DNA of 63,938 bases, counting the filler, from Choristocarpus tenellus KU-1152 (lineage: Eukaryota; Protista; Phaeophyceae): the NCBI GenBank assembly GCA_964200185.2. It is 9 parts of 9 records of this genome, joined end to end, with 100 filler letters (N's around TTAATTAATTAA, not from the genome) between each part and the next. Parts side by side here need not be neighbours in the genome. Positions count along the whole stretch, not along the records: positions 1 to 9,460 come from CAXNAD020003658.1; positions 9,561 to 15,981 come from CAXNAD020008175.1; 7 more parts are not named here. The stretch is one strand, 5' to 3'. The translations under genes and the position numbers were made by a program. Shown here in pieces: positions 1 through 14,999 of this stretch. The notes below the pieces were generated by a model. The model saw nothing but the letters and a program-made list of their open reading frames with translations. It searched no databases and had not been told where the DNA came from. Position 1 is the stretch's first letter; every line of letters begins with the position of its first letter.

Positions 1-3000
1 GGAGTTCCACTCCCTAGACACAAGCGTAAAAAACTCTACCATGCTACACCCCCCTCACCCCTCCCCCCCCCCCATCAACGTAATTGCTAAAAACAACACT
101 AACAAAGAAGTACCATCTTCACACCCACCTCCCCCTCGTCCATGTTGGGAAGTGGTGCACCTGATCGAACCCCCTCAAAGGCAACACCCATGTCCTCTCC
201 ATTGAGAGTAAAGCTCATGCAACCATTATCAACATCCAGCAAGCAGCCTACCACATCACCCACCTGTCAGTTCACATCAACCGGAAGGTAGAGTTATAAC
301 TACAACTACTACTTCTCATGGATAGAACACAGTGCATACGTGGTTGCCAGGCAGTCATCTTTGTATACTTCATCGATACTCCAAAAGCAATGAGCAGACT
401 TGCATCCATATGATCTTCGATAGAGCTGGTGTTAAGACGTATCGATTCACAAGATACAGTACAATTCTTGCCATTTTTTCACATGAGACTTGCCACACTC
501 GTCATGAGGTTACCCAAAAATCTCAGTGAAATCGAACTGTCAACCTATTGTACACCATCCACTGTAAAACCACTAGAAACCCCTTCACAACAGAGCCCCA
601 CCAACAAGTACAGCCCTAACCCTGATACACAAACCTCTTTCACCTTCACGCGATCACAATTCATTAGCTCATTAGCACTGGTGGAAACAGGGTTGAGGTT
701 TAGTCAGCGGTATACATATAACTGCCAAAAAGAACATCAACGCTATAATAGGTTTAGTTTGTATCATAAAAGGTATACCATGTACCATCATACAAACTCA
801 TCAACCCTCTGATGCTTAATTTGTGGCAATCCCAGATTTCATCTGACCTCCCATTCTTTGGAGTCCTTACATCCCTGCTCACCAAACACAGAGGTTTGAA
901 TGGTGTACAAGGGTGCTACAGAACAAAACTCAATGTGCTATGCAGCATTACAGAGCAATATTGTGAAAATGGCAAGTATCATTTGGCCCCTATCAGCTGC
1001 GAAGAAACTACAACAGAAACAGATTATAAGTGAGCACCAATCCACCCAAAAACGAGCAATTATGAAGGCTTGAGTCTTCTCTTTCTACAAATATGTGTGC
1101 AAGTCATTTAATGGAGACATTGTACAGAACTATAGACCAAAAAGGAAAACTTCGAATAGGACACAGTACATAGTATTGCATACAAACATTACAACCAGTT
1201 GTTCAAGCAACACACTTTCACAACAAACAACCAAAAAGTAATATCGACTCAAGCCTCCACAAAAACTCACACAAACATTCATCAAAATGCCTCAGCTAAA
1301 AACAACACTACTACCTCCACCACAGGGAGCCCATGTAAAGGGATTTTTTTTTTCTTACCATCCAAATGGAGAGGTATAATACAGGACCCTACCCAGTTAC
1401 TACAACCACGGTAAGGACCGATGCTGTCCCGTGGTCAGTTACACTTGGGGAAAATGTTTTACAGTTGGCAAATACAGCCACCCTACTGTCAGAAAAGTAC
1501 AACCAACTGTTGACACCCATAGAAATGTCAATATATCGAGCACAACCGTAATAATTCCGTAACAGTAACATAGTGACAGTAACATACCCTATCATCCAGA
1601 TAGTATTCAATTACAATGACCATACTGTCCAACTGTTCAGACCATAAAATTAGCACCACCCTATCGCAAATGGATTATATGTACCGTAAAAGTACCGTAA
1701 AAGTACTGTCCAGCGGTACACTGACCGTAACAAACGCAAGAATTCAAAATCGGTAACTATACACTCCTCAGTATATAATAACACCTGTAGAAGAAATAGA
1801 AGTAGAACAGGAATAGTAACAGAGAGCCTTCATAATAATTATCTTCAATCTTCAACCTTCAACTTCTCACCTTGGTACGACATTGCACTGCTGCTGTCCT
1901 AAAGAGTATCAATCATCAACGAAGCACTAAATCATGAACACATCAAATATAAAATAAGTTTCCTAGAATTCCCGAGCACATTTTTTCTTGAGAAAGGCAA
2001 GAATACATACATTCGTGTGCCCTATGATGGTAGGAATAACAGACTTACTACACGTGTAGATCATGGGGTTGACTCTAACATTCTAAACAGGCTTCAGTTT
2101 AGGGTTTCGTCAGCAGTTCACTACGATAAGAACTGTTCAAGGTACATGTGGAATTCGCTGTACTGTCACAAGTAAATGTACAGCATTATACCCCTCCACT
2201 GACCTCCGATTTCTTAGTCAAAAGAATCCCGGTGTATCCTGATTCATTGACAGTCCACCAAGCTATATCCTTCTACTTCATAAGTTAACTACCTCTCCTG
2301 TACACAAACACAGTCTACAGACTCCCTCCACTGACGTGAACAAACCTGGTAGGGCCATGCAGGTACACCTGTACTGTAACCCTACCATTAAAAAAAAGTT
2401 CGAACACCAACCAAGAAGTCAATTCAAAACTCCAATCACAACCACACTATCATAAACAGAACTCAAACTGGAGACTGGAGCATACCGTGAGGTCAACTGA
2501 AAACCACAACCACAACTGTACCAAATTTATTTGCTTTGAGTGTGTTTGAACTCTTGGCAAAACCAAAACATACCATGGAAAACCGTAACATACCGTTGCT
2601 GTGACCATGTCAGCATATCTCACACTTACATAAATCAATACATACCACTGGACAAACACCTTCACAGACAGATACCAAACCCATGCAGTCAAAGAGCAAC
2701 AATATAGGGCCCTGGAATATATATATATATATATTATATTGTACAGGGTCAACACCATATCTGAAAAAAGGACGATCATCATGAACCAATCTCATGAATC
2801 CATCTCTCCAAAGACCTACTCTAGCCGCAAGGACTTGCATCACAACAATCAGTGTGTCCTGCGATCTCAACCCCTGACCCTACAACACACACTAGTAAGA
2901 AAAACAATAATAATCCTCACCTTCCACATCTTCCCGTAGTCGCTGGGCTCTCTGTTCCACCTCTGTTGTCTAACGCCATCATAAGCCCATGAACCTTCCA

Positions 3001-5399
3001 TATCTCCAATCCCATCATCTGTATCCTGTCCAATCGACTTGAAGGTGTGATCGGACCAGCCAATCTGCATCAGTCCTGCCGTGAGCAATGTCACCTTCAC
3101 AGGTAGGTACCAAAGGTAGGTACCAAGGTAGGCAAGTTTGCATTACCATGGAGGATAGGTGGACATGGGAAGACAAAAAAAATAAATTCAAAAGCCGTGA
3201 TACATACATACATCAGAAAGTCAACTGACAAGCTTACATATGTTGGGTTCAGCTGATGACACACACAGAACGTGTCTGGTCCATTTCAGGGTTTGACATC
3301 CTAGTTCCAAACGGAAACTAAGCCAGAACGGCACCATACCCTATACCAGCACCTGTACCACCAGTCCAGTATAGTACAACATACCGCACTCAAACCTGGG
3401 TACCCCTCTACAAGACACAAACTTCGAACCTTTTCACTAATATTTCATCTTTACTTCAAGCGGAAGTACTGTACTTCTACCTTAACAACACGTCCAAGTT
3501 CATCCCCCGGTACTTCTGTAATCCGTAAGGTCCAAACAGGGGCTTGCCCCCTGAAGTGACAAAAAAAGACATTGAAAAAGTATGTGATAAACCTTGACTA
3601 AAAGATTTGGAGTTGGAACTTCCAAAGGCCTACCCAGATCTGAGCACGATAACAATCTTCTTGTCAATTGTCCTAGCAAACCCCTCACTAATAGACACTA
3701 CCCCTTTTGACAAGATGTGTTACCCATGATCTATGTATGCTTCTTGAGAACCAATGCAAACTATAGAACGACTATGTCATGTTTTCATTGTTGTGAACCA
3801 TAGGGTAACTGAATCCATTGTTACAATTTACTACATCATACCATGATGAACTAACCAAAATTGAAAAGCAAGAGAAAAATTTCCAGTGCTTATCATTGGA
3901 CCATTAGTTGACCAGACTGGGGCCACAGCCTGGACCACATCCTGGACCAGTCACATCTCTGACAGTCCTAAACTGACCCAATTAAACTTGTTTCACAGGG
4001 ACCAGCCCATGAACCGGAACAGCTGAACTCTGGCAACAGGACCAGCCCTGCTAAAACATTTTTGGGGGCCAGTCCATGGCCTGGTCCATTTCAAATATCT
4101 GATGGTCCTAGATAAAATGGTCCTTTGGCCACACTGAGCTGGGTGAGATGAGCTGGGCCATTCACATTCACCCAGTCCACTGAAAAGAACTTACTTCTTC
4201 AGTCCCAGGTAGTAATGGATACATTCCAGTACTACAGGGTTATGACTGGTCAACTGATCACTTGTCCATTATTGCATTGGATCACCCTCAACCAAGTTCA
4301 TTTGTGCTCTTTCAATCAGCTGAGAAAATTTTGAGCTAACAACTTTGTACCTACTTACAAGCATGCCATGTATTCCTGTTTTATTATTATTACAAAAGCT
4401 GAACAAGTCGAAAAAAAACTCTAACTCATACCCTAACCCTACAAAAAAATAATTATTTCACACACAATCACAAACACCACAGATTTATTGTGTGAGGATT
4501 GCAGTCAAGACACATGCGTCCATACCATTGACTTCACATGACACATGGGCTCAATCAAGGCAAAGTCACACTTTAGGTGTTTGTCACATGACATAATATA
4601 TATGACATATCACACATCAGTTCTTATATTTAATACCAAGTATAAAGCAAAAATTCATTCACCTATCCGTAGTATACTAATCCAAAGTATATTAGTACCA
4701 TAGAAGTACGCCTTCAGGACAATACAAACGCCGCATTGAACCTGAAAAAAAAAACTCCAGGCACGATCTGGCGCCCATTTCACACACACACAGGGGTTCT
4801 AAATATGAGAGGATGCTAAACATGAGCCAGATTACAAGTACCTTGGCAAATTGATACCAACAGAGCGCTTCAAAAAAATTGCATGGTCCGTCTCTTTGAC
4901 CAAGTACTCAAGTACCCATGAACCTGGTACTACGCTTGTGCTGTACCACACATGGTTCTGGTTCTAGTGACAGTTCCCAGTTTGTATGCATGAAATCTCG
5001 ACCCAAGAAACACGTTATGAACCAGTATCACTGCAACACTTCCAAGAACAGTAACAACTAACAGTAACAACACAAAAGTCTTCAGAAGCGCACCCGCTCA
5101 CCAACACTTTCAACCACCTAAGATACTACACATAAAAGGGTACACCTCGCCCCACGTCAATCCCATACCGACCCTAACCCTAACCCTTCAAACATGGTAT
5201 AGTAACAAGTCAGCAGCAATTAACACGCCTCAAAAGGGTACACCTCGCCTAAATCAATCACCTACTGACCCTTACCCTAACCATTCCTAGCCACCCCAAC
5301 TAGCCCCAACCAAATCCTTCCTTAGCACTACGTAGTACAGCACCAAGGCAAAACATCCACACCTCACAGAGGACATCACACACTCAGCCGAAGCACCCA

Positions 5400-8300
5400 T
5401 CATCACCTCTAGACCCACGGACTACCCACCTCATAGTACCACTTCTTCCTGCGAAGTCCCACCCCCACCATCTTGGCACCACCAAACTCACTGAGCCCCT
5501 GTACCTGACCATCCTCATTCAGAGCCACATCTCCTGCTACTGCCTCAAGCCAACTACACCCTGTGCCCTCCCCAGCAGCCTTCTCAGAAGGAACCACCAA
5601 AGACATCAAGTGGGCAAAGAGATCGCAACATCAGAATCACTTCTTCAAAGGCAGCAAGAACCCCTCCCACTAATCCCAGTCTTTCCCCAGTGCGGAGCTC
5701 AAAAATAGTCAACTGGTACAATTTAGTCAGAAAGTCGATTTTGTTCAATGGAATACTTGTTACCACTTAGGTCACCCTTCACAGGCAATAAGCCAAAAAA
5801 GTATTCACATATACTTAAATTATCCTTACATTTCACACACGCATTTCTTCCAATAACTTTCCAATAAATTTCCGAGAGCCTCCAAATGCAACACTGCACC
5901 TTTGTGCTCTCACAGACAACAAGAGCGTTCCATTGGTACATTGAATGTTCCAACACTATAGTATCTCAACAATTACACTCCAGAACAAAACATTCAGTCA
6001 ATGTCAGCATCACGTACAGTACTCTACAACAGTACACCTCAACCCCAACCCTAACATAAACTCAAAACTCTTGACAGTAATCCACCAAACATAGCACCTA
6101 ACATCCAAAATCAAATTCCACTTCTTAGCCCTAGCCCTGTACATCCCAACTCAGTTGGGAAACCCAATCCCATTGCAAGCCTCTCAACCTTGAACGCAAC
6201 ACATTACAGTACCTAGCTGTACACCCAAATAGCATGTTACCTTAGGTACATACCTCTCAGCTCCAGTACCGGTAACTGCATCACAGGCCCAACGCTATAT
6301 ATATATATCTATATATTATATCGGGGGTATACCTTGTAATGTCATACCAATCCAATGATACAACAAATATGGTTGGTGGGATGCTCTGTCCATCCTCAAA
6401 ATCATAGTGATGCTGATTTGTTTTTCCAACCATATTTACTTTCTATGAGCACAAGGTATGGAGGCATTCCTACCCACCTGCAGAGGCATAGACATGAATC
6501 CCCTGGTATCTTCGAGCTTTTGTGACACCTTCCTCTTCTTGGCCTTGACAGCAGCTAGAAGTCCTTGCTCCACAGCACCAGACATGTCTTCCGTAACTGC
6601 CACAGCCGAAGACGCCTCCACATAACTATCACACAAAATAAAAAAAAGGACAATTTGAGAGTCTTGTCAAAGATTCGTTGAAGGAAAAAAGGGAGATATT
6701 ATTATTATTATTATAAGACATCAGAATATTCACACGCCAGAAAATTTGGGCATGTGCATTTGCTCTGTAGTGTGTAACATAAGAGTACGTATAATGTTGA
6801 GCTAGTCAGAAGATGTACCTTGACATCAACTACCCCCTAAACAGTTGTGTTGTGTATACACCATAGTTGATTTCCAAACCTCCGCAGCAATCATCCTCCA
6901 AGTGTGCCAAGGGATCACCCTTCCAGTTTATCATAATCGCAATCGGTGTGAGGTGGTGGGAACACAACCAATTGCACCCTTTTGACTGATGCGGGCTAGT
7001 GGCGCGTAATAGACCAAAGGGGAGCCATTTATGAGACAATAGTAAAAAAAAAAAGCAGCAAAAACAAAAACGTAACCGAAAAAAACCTGCTGCGATTCAT
7101 GTTCCACACATAATCATCCCACACAAAATAATTGGCATCAACAACAGGTCTACCACACTCAAAGTCTGAGAATATATCCTATCCTCAATGAAAACACAAC
7201 CCGATTGTCACATCTCACAAAAAGGAGGGCATGTTACCTTTCACATCGAAGTAAGCATTTGTTTAAGTTTTTGTTTAACTTTACCTCCAAGCACCACTGC
7301 CACGCAAGGAAGAGCTACCAGGATACTCTTGTGTAGACAAATATTCAAACAAAAAACCTTCAAATTAGAGGTAAGGTTTGTTTACAATTTCAACACGCTG
7401 CTCCCAAGCAAACAAAAAAAGCAGCAGGAAACGCCTCAACCTATCATGTTAGCAAACCCTAACCCCTACCAAGCACTAAAAAAAAACACAGTTATACACT
7501 AGTTGTAGACACCTCCTGCAACCCAATGTGTCTCAAGTTAGTCATCAAAAGATACAGTAGGGAAGGTATAGCCATTGCATCAAGAACATCCCTTCCTTGA
7601 TCCAAGTACAGCCTCCAGGCTAATCACCATGCCAAGGTAGGCAAGGAACATTACGAGCAATAGTACTGTGAACAAAAAAATTTAGGTCATGTCTATTTCA
7701 AATTGACTCAATGAAAATCCTACATTCCCATACAGTCAAAATGCAAGGCACTGTGCACGGTGTTGGTGAGCAGAGCACACACAAACGCACAAAAAAAAGA
7801 AAATACCCCTCAATTCTTGGTTTCAATTTGACTGCAACACAAACCAAATTGAAACATATGCATCGCTGTGATCCAACACACCATTACACTAGACCAAAAA
7901 AGTGGTCGACACAATCAATACCCTTGTGTTACAACCCTTGATCACACCCCCACCCTCTGCCTCCACTGCTCACACTCCACCATGGCATCTCCTACCAAAC
8001 TGAGACGCCAATTTTGTCCACAAAACCCCATGCACAACAGTAGACAGAGCATGTATATGTCTGTGTGTGTTTCCCAAGCTTTTCCACGGTCTATCCTATC
8101 TCGTCTCCGGGGTATGCCTCTTCTGTTCAGAGCCATGTTAACATACGTGAAAGCTAGGTGCCCCATTTGCACCAATCATATTCAAAATATTACTGGCATC
8201 GCCCCCCGTTACATTACAACTCCCTGACCGCAACACCTCCTAGAGGGCAGCAATGCCCGATGTCCAAGGGTCCAATCAAAACAATTAATCACACATTGCA

Positions 8301-8730
8301 TAAGGTCAACGTCAACCCCTGAATACAAACTCCGAATGTATTTTTCAAATATAGGACTCCCAACTCACTGCAAACCCACACGCTAGCACATCCTTCATCC
8401 TAACCAATAGACCAGAGAATGGACACTGAGGGACTGACACCTACAATTGTACCCTGGTTACCAGCGGTGGTACCACATACCATGGCATTCAAAGGGTTCC
8501 TAGTGGTTCATACTTACATAGTACTTCCTCTGCTTGACGTCAGTTCAAACAGCTTGCACGGTAGGCTGCGTAATCCACAAGATGGAATCAGATTTATACT
8601 ATATATGGTTCTTGCCAAAAAACCCTAAGAGGCTATCCCAAAACCTCTATGAACCAGGATTCGGTCTACCCATTCTACGGCGCCCAGTGCAACGACAAAA
8701 GAACTGCCTTCCCAAGGTGGTGTAAACCCA
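5400..8730 (-). pseudogene. Degenerate multi-exon gene, possibly a KDZ/CxC-type transposase relic
   Basis: Broken coding-like segments on the minus strand: Cys-rich 8050-8720 (YNCRCQ...RCCG..VTGGDA), 6830-7040 (CSHH...WKSTMVYT), and an AG/GT-bounded exon at about 6478-6626. Many stops and frameshifts. The family call is weak. Confidence 0.3.
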
Positions 8731-9080
8731 CCCCAAACACTGAACTGGTGCTCAACAGGGCGAGTACTTCCTACCACACCAGGAAAAGGGTTCCTATTGG
8801 TCCACGTGAAACATACCATGATGTGTCGCAAGCAGGAATGCGAACTGCAAGAATTCGTGAATATAATAATACAAAAATAAACAGGCTGAAAAAAAAAAAA
8901 TGTGCATGTACCCAACTGAATCAGAGCACACACACACACGAACCGTCCAGGGAATGGAATTTAAAAAAAAAAAGAGAGAGTGAGTGCAGCACGCGTAAGC
9001 GAAATGAAATAAACCTATCGCGAAATGTTTTGATTACAATCTTGATTGTTTTCTATTGATCAATGTTTAATCGCAGCGAT

Positions 9081-9166
9081 TGATTGAATCTGATTGACAT
9101 TGATTGAATCTGATTGACATTGATTGAATCTGATTGACATTGATTGAATCTGATTGATTGAATCTC
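9081..9166. repeat. Minisatellite, 20-bp unit TGATTGAATCTGATTGACAT, about 4 copies
   Basis: Three perfect units at 9081-9140 plus partial units. Confidence 0.95.
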
Positions 9167-9460
9167 AAGACTTTTGTTGTATCCACCCATTCATCGAGCA
9201 TTTTTTTCGGAAAAGATATTGCCACATGCAAAAGAGGATGCAAAAAAGAACCTAATTAATACAACAGAATTTAAAAAAAAACGGAATTCAGAAATAAAGT
9301 CAGAACCACCTGTACATTCAAACTCCAAATAAAAAAATAAACTGGAGAGGCTGAGCAACATTTTGGCTCAGCAACTATCAATGCAACACAACAAAGGGGG
9401 GAAGGGGAGGGGAAGGGGGGGGGGATATACTTCGTCCTTTGCCAACATACACAAAGAGTA

Positions 9461-9560
9461 NNNNNNNNNNNNNNNNNNNNNNNNNNNNNNNNNNNNNNNN
9501 NNNNTTAATTAATTAANNNNNNNNNNNNNNNNNNNNNNNNNNNNNNNNNNNNNNNNNNNN
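9461..9560. other. Artificial contig linker (N run / TTAATTAATTAA / N run, 100 bp)
   Basis: The same 100-bp linker recurs at 15982-16081, 19449-19548, 23389-23488, 27608-27707, 34986-35085, 38374-38473 and 41861-41960. It puts stops in all six frames. Adjacency across linkers is not proven. Confidence 0.97.
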
Positions 9561-10602
9561 AAGGCTCGCACGGGGAAGAGCAATTAGTTGTAAGTGCAAT
9601 ATGTACTTTGTGGATAATGAGAAGTAGTAATGTCTCTGGCCACGGGTTGGGGCTAGGTAAGGTCGAGGTATAGTACCTCTAAACTATCCTCACAATAATT
9701 GAATGTTGTAGCGCATGCTCCATCCTAATTATCCATGCGTACAAATCTTTTACATACTAGTGTCTGTTGTCCACAGCCCTATTACAATTCAATATCACAC
9801 TTCAGCCAATAGTCTCAACTACGGAAAGGGTACATACACCTTTTGCACCAGTCATGCTACTCAATAAAAACTATCAGTCAGTCCTGTTATGCTTCCTTAG
9901 AAGTCTACCTTTTGAAATAGTGCTCGTTGTGATATTTGCAAGTCTGCTAGTGTTATGGAGACAATATTACCACCCCACTCAATACCTACTGCCGCCAATA
10001 CATACCTTCTGTGTTGCTGCACAGCAATAGGAGGTCACATAGGTGGGTAGGGAATCCAATAACGTGTTCGTGTATGTGTGTATATGACATCAAATAAATG
10101 AGGTAGACATTAAACGTGTCCTTCGTGATGGAGGATGTTATGGAGGGAGTTGATTTGCAAAAGCAATGACATTCATTCGTACCAGTACCAAATTTGTTTC
10201 CTTCCGTTGGAGTGGAAGTATATTAGAGGGTAGGAGTTTTGCCTTGTTTTTCCATTTGGGGCTTGGAGTCCCATTTTGTTTAATAACATTTTATCTACTC
10301 CGAAGTATCCCGATGCACATGTTCTTTGTATCGCCGTATGGGAGAGCAACAGCACCGCCATACCCCACGATCCGGTCACATCTCACGATTCCACCCAGGG
10401 CATGCACTACTTAGACCCGCATATACGAACAAGAGAGTTTGTCGCCCGGATGCACTGTGCGAACAGCGCGCTCAGAGGTACACTCTACACTAGCGAGTGT
10501 CGTCCTCTCAAATATTGCGCATATCCACCCTCGACACTTTATGGATTACTAATTGTAACATGTTCATCCTCGATCAACACAACTCTATATAATTTCAATG
10601 CA

Positions 10603-10913
10603 GAGTGGAACTATCTTAGAGGGTACGAATTTTGTCCTTTGAGCCAAAGTATTTTAGAGGCTAGAGCCGTGTCCATGTGGGGGCCAAAATCCAATGTTGC
10701 GAGTTTCATGGAATTTTGGCATCGTGTTTGTTAGGAAGTGTCAATATCCATTTTCTGGACAAACCTTTTCATAACATATATACATTTTATCTACTCCAAA
10801 ACATCTACTTCAAAACATTTTGGAGTAGGAAAATGTAGTAAAAAAACCCACGGGAAGCCAAGCCCCGAATGGACAAACAGGGCAAAATTCGCCCCTCTAA
10901 GATACTTTCACTC
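10603..10913 (+). mobile_element. MITE family A: full copy 10641-10913 preceded by an inverted end fragment 10603-10640
   Basis: Ends gagccaaagtattttagagg ... cctctaagatactttcactc. No TSD visible. Another partial end lies at about 10210-10315. Confidence 0.85.
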
Positions 10914-11039
10914 ACTGGGTAATTCTATGTTTCCTAACAGCCACAGGGTACCCAGTCACATACTGCATCATCCGTGTCCACATACAAGGGGTGCTAACCC
11001 ACCGTATTCCTCCCTCCACTCTTCCACGCAACACAGATC

Positions 11040-14000
11040 GTGGGTTTGCATTCACCACATGACCACCGAAGTCCAGGTTCAGTGTCTAAGAGAGAACTGG
11101 AAGATATACGAGAACTGTACATACGAGGACGTTCTTTGGCGACGATGGACAACGCACTTGCGCATGCATATGCGCATTCTGCGACAGAGGCAAAGGATGC
11201 GGGTCTGAAGAAGTGGAGGCCACACTCGAAAGTGGTGCTCATTTAGTGACCTTCCTCCTGTAAGTTGCAATGCTAGGCCACACCGACGAATGGGCGAAGG
11301 TGTGAGCACGACGAGCTTGAATGTATCCAAATTAATGTATTCACCCTGTAGATACACACCAAGGTACTCGCCCTCAAACCGTTTCACTACGTCCTCTAAA
11401 AATGTGGCAGTGACAGCCGGACTCCACTACTGACGTTAGATCCTCTACTCAAACCTCTACACCGACAACAAAAACCGCTCTTGGACTAATCAAAACAAAA
11501 CACATGCGAGAGGACCGTGCTGGAGCCCCTCAGCGAACCGTCCTCTGGCGGCTCCTTGGGCAGTTTCAAAAAATCTTGTGTCTACGGTACATGCGACCGT
11601 GTCACTGGAAATCTCACGCGATGTGGAAGTGCCATTGTATGTTGGACCCTCACAGCACACGTGTCATATGGAACGAGTTCGTCTATGCATACACCCCGGT
11701 GGTGGAGCACGACCTGCAACGAAAGACTTGCCAGGAGATGAAGGTGTGGCTTATCCGAACACTCACCAACTACTTAGATTTGGAAGACGAACCTGTCCGG
11801 TTCCACCCTCACGCCAGGTCCAGGACCAATACAGAAACCTACCCTACCAATCGACCATATCTCCATGTTCACATCCAGACCACACACCCATGCTCCTATA
11901 AATCTCTATTTCCGTCTACACTGCCACGCAGGCACTGTCCTCTCGCCTCCCCCAGCAGGACCACCGAAGATAACATGATCCACATGATCAAGGCAAAATA
12001 TGCTGAGCTGAGGGCGGAAGATCTCATGACCGAAGATTTGATCATCGCTAAGTGCATGGTGGGAGAGTGCGCCCCCGACTTCAGGAGGAACAGGACCGAG
12101 GAGAACGATGACGAAGACGCCACAGGGTCTAGAGGCAAGCACAGCCGGAGGTGAAAGGTGTGCGATATTTTCCTTCGAGTAATAAATTATAGTGTACATT
12201 GGATGTGTCGTGGCGTATTCGTCAAACAACCAGCAGATACTCCCTCCCTCAGCACCGGACACAATCGATTACACCCACAACAAAGCCTGAATCACCACGA
12301 CCTATCACCAGCAACAACGCTTGAAACGCGACCACCTGGCCCTTTCGATACAGATGCTGTTCCCAAGGACGGAGGGTTTCCCTACACTCCTAAAGGTCAT
12401 ATTTTCAAACTTCGAGAAGAGCTTCTTCCTTCATCACAACACCACCATTTGGCAGGCGCAACAATACAAACACTGCAAATCCCGCCTCCCCTAAGGACAC
12501 GCCGCATGTCCATGGACTTCAGTGCCCACCTGCAACACAACCACCAAGACTTGACACAACAAGAGTTCTTCAATCTATTCCTTACGGTGCTTCTGACCAT
12601 TATCTGGTGGTTGAGGGATTTCAGAGAAGAGGGAAATCTTGGGAAGGGAAGGGGTTGGGCTCACAGCATGACGGTGTGCAGTGAAGACCGAAGCCAAGAC
12701 AACGAGTTCGTCCAGAACGCCATGGAGATGCTTGTGAAAGACCACCTAATACCTCTGGCCAGTGAATACGGACAGACCCTAGAGATCCTCCACATCTGGT
12801 CTGATGGATGTGGGAACCAGTTCAAGAACAGACGGCAGATGTGGTGGGTTTCTCAGTCCTTAGTGCGGATGGGAATTTCCGTAGTACAAAACTTCTTTGC
12901 CTCCTGTCACGGCAAGTTGCTGTCTGATGGAGTCGGGGCTGTGGTGAATTTGCTGCCAGGAGACTGGAACTAGACGGGGTGCGCATTCCAGGAACCTCAT
13001 CCCTAGTGGATTTGATCAAGGCAACCAAACTTCAATACACATTGAGGGATCCAGCACTGGAGGAAGAATAGCGCTACCACAACGGTCATAAGGTAGGTTC
13101 CTTCTGGACAGATAATCGTCACAAAGGTAGGCACACTCCACATGACCACCCACTCACAAATTCGGCCTCTGCTTGACACTGGCGACAACCACAACGCGTG
13201 CACTCCTTGCTCACATATGCAACAAACACTCAATATGTACCGTTTGAACTTGTGTCACATCCGTCACTCCCTCCACGCTGACAACACGCGCAGCATCAAG
13301 ATAACACATACACACGTATATGAAATGACTGTACAGATAGTCCACACACACGTACAACTACCGCCACCTATTTCATACAAGTCTGCCAATCGGTAAACTC
13401 GCGCAAAACTCCAAGTTCTTCTTTTCTTTCTACTGTCAACGTCGACAATATACACATCGCTTGTTGCAGGAATACATACCACATACATTACATGGATGAT
13501 TCTCTCCGCACTCTGGACCTGATCCATCCTTGCCACTCCCATCAGTCTCGACCCTCTCGCCCCTCCACAACCCATACACACTAAACACGCAATAGATATG
13601 GTTGACCCATTATGTCACATCTGCGCTTTCCCTCACGTCGACACCACGAATCACATGATAATTGCACATACGCATTTACTAATCGACTGCACACCGTCCG
13701 AGCACACTTGCAACCATCGCCCTCGATTTAGAACGAGTCTGCCAATCGGTAAACCAACCCGAAACTCCAAGTTATTATTTCCTTCCACGTAACAACGTTG
13801 GCCATATATCCATCGCTTGCTGCAAGAATATATACCTCATGTACCACGTGCATGATTTTCCCACTCACAATAATTAATCCCTGTTTGTAACTCGCGACTG
13901 TCTACACCCTGACACACCTTGCCAACCCATATATTCCACCAAGGCAATAGATTTCGTCGACCCATTATGTCACATCCGTTCCTTCCCTTCATGCCTACAC

Positions 14001-14990
14001 CACGAATCACATGATGATCGCACATGCGCACTTCCTAATCGACCACGCAAAGTCTGTGCAAACTTTGAACTATCGTTCTCTATTTCTCAATTGTCTACCA
14101 ATCGGCAAACTAACACAAAGCTCCAAGTTTTGGGTTTCATCACACACTGCCCATCCGTCATTACCAAGCACTCGTTACAGCAATAGATAGCACAACTATT
14201 TACAATCGAATGCCATCACATCGAATCAGTCACAGCACACTGCCTCAGTGCCGACACAGACTCCCACACGTATCACCCCTCCCCTTATACGCACAATCAC
14301 CACAACCCTTAGGATTGGACGGAAAGGGACGGCAGACAGCATAGTAGCACCTGCACGAAACTTCTATACATCGATACGTTCCGCACACAGGAGATAGTCC
14401 ACCTTCTGTCATACAAGATCGACCGTGTGGGACGACATGACCCATGTGTCCCGAACCTTGGTGGAATCAAGTCCATGCACAGGTTCTTCACTGGTCGGCT
14501 CACCACCGGAGACTCCCGTACATTGATATACACCAAACTGTCGTGCTACTTCACGAACTGTTCAATCGGCAACCTTGCCCAATGCAGGTGGCAACTAACC
14601 CACGTGCCCCCACTTAAGGAGATAAACCTCGGATATTCCACCGAAGCGGGAGCGGGTGATATGTATCTGAGAAGTCAGCTGTCGAGCAAGAAGAGACAGC
14701 TCGACGAGGGGAACATATGCATTGTGCGGACGCAGCCATTGGAGTACAATGGTATAGAGTTCTTGCCGTTCACTATCCACCGCAAGGATACGATTTAATG
14801 GAACGCGAGACACCACTCCAGCTATGGAGGGATGTTCAGTGCTGGAAATGAGATCGTCTTTGTCACTGAAGACTTCGAGGTGCTGAGTGCTAGCTTCGTG
14901 CCAACTATTCACATGTCACGGACGGACAAGGTGAATAGCACCTCTTATTGCTTCGAACAAAACAATGCCCCACATGAATGAATCAACGCT
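11040..14990 (+). pseudogene. Disrupted DNA-transposon transposase (SDGC..QFKN / HGK..DG.G family, Sola-like), with introns
   Basis: ORF 12158-12973 carries SMDFS ... HIWSDGCGNQFKNRR ... FFASCHGKLLSDGVGAVV. An upstream CVYGTCDR Cys motif and downstream GIKSMHRF...LSCYFTNC...C (14427-14798) are present. Frameshifts split the frame. Confidence 0.75.
13251..14300. repeat. Diverged tandem repeat, about 356-bp unit, 3 copies
   Basis: Anchor (t)gtcacatc recurs near 13251, 13611 and 13966. Anchor gtct(g/a)ccaatcgg(t/c)aaac recurs at 13381, 13737 and 14093. Confidence 0.8.
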
Positions 14991-14999
14991 GTCCATATA

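Noticed and set aside
3895-4130. GGACCA/TGGTCC-rich tract (similar tracts at about 22110-22400 and 32180-32480)
   Set aside because: Probably subterminal repeats of old elements, but no TIR, TSD or colinear alignment could be defined.
9081-9166. CRISPR-like short repeats
   Set aside because: Contiguous tandem units with no unique spacers, no cas genes, and a eukaryotic context.
9505-9516. TTAATTAATTAA palindrome repeated eight times
   Set aside because: Always centred in N runs; it is an assembly linker, not biology.
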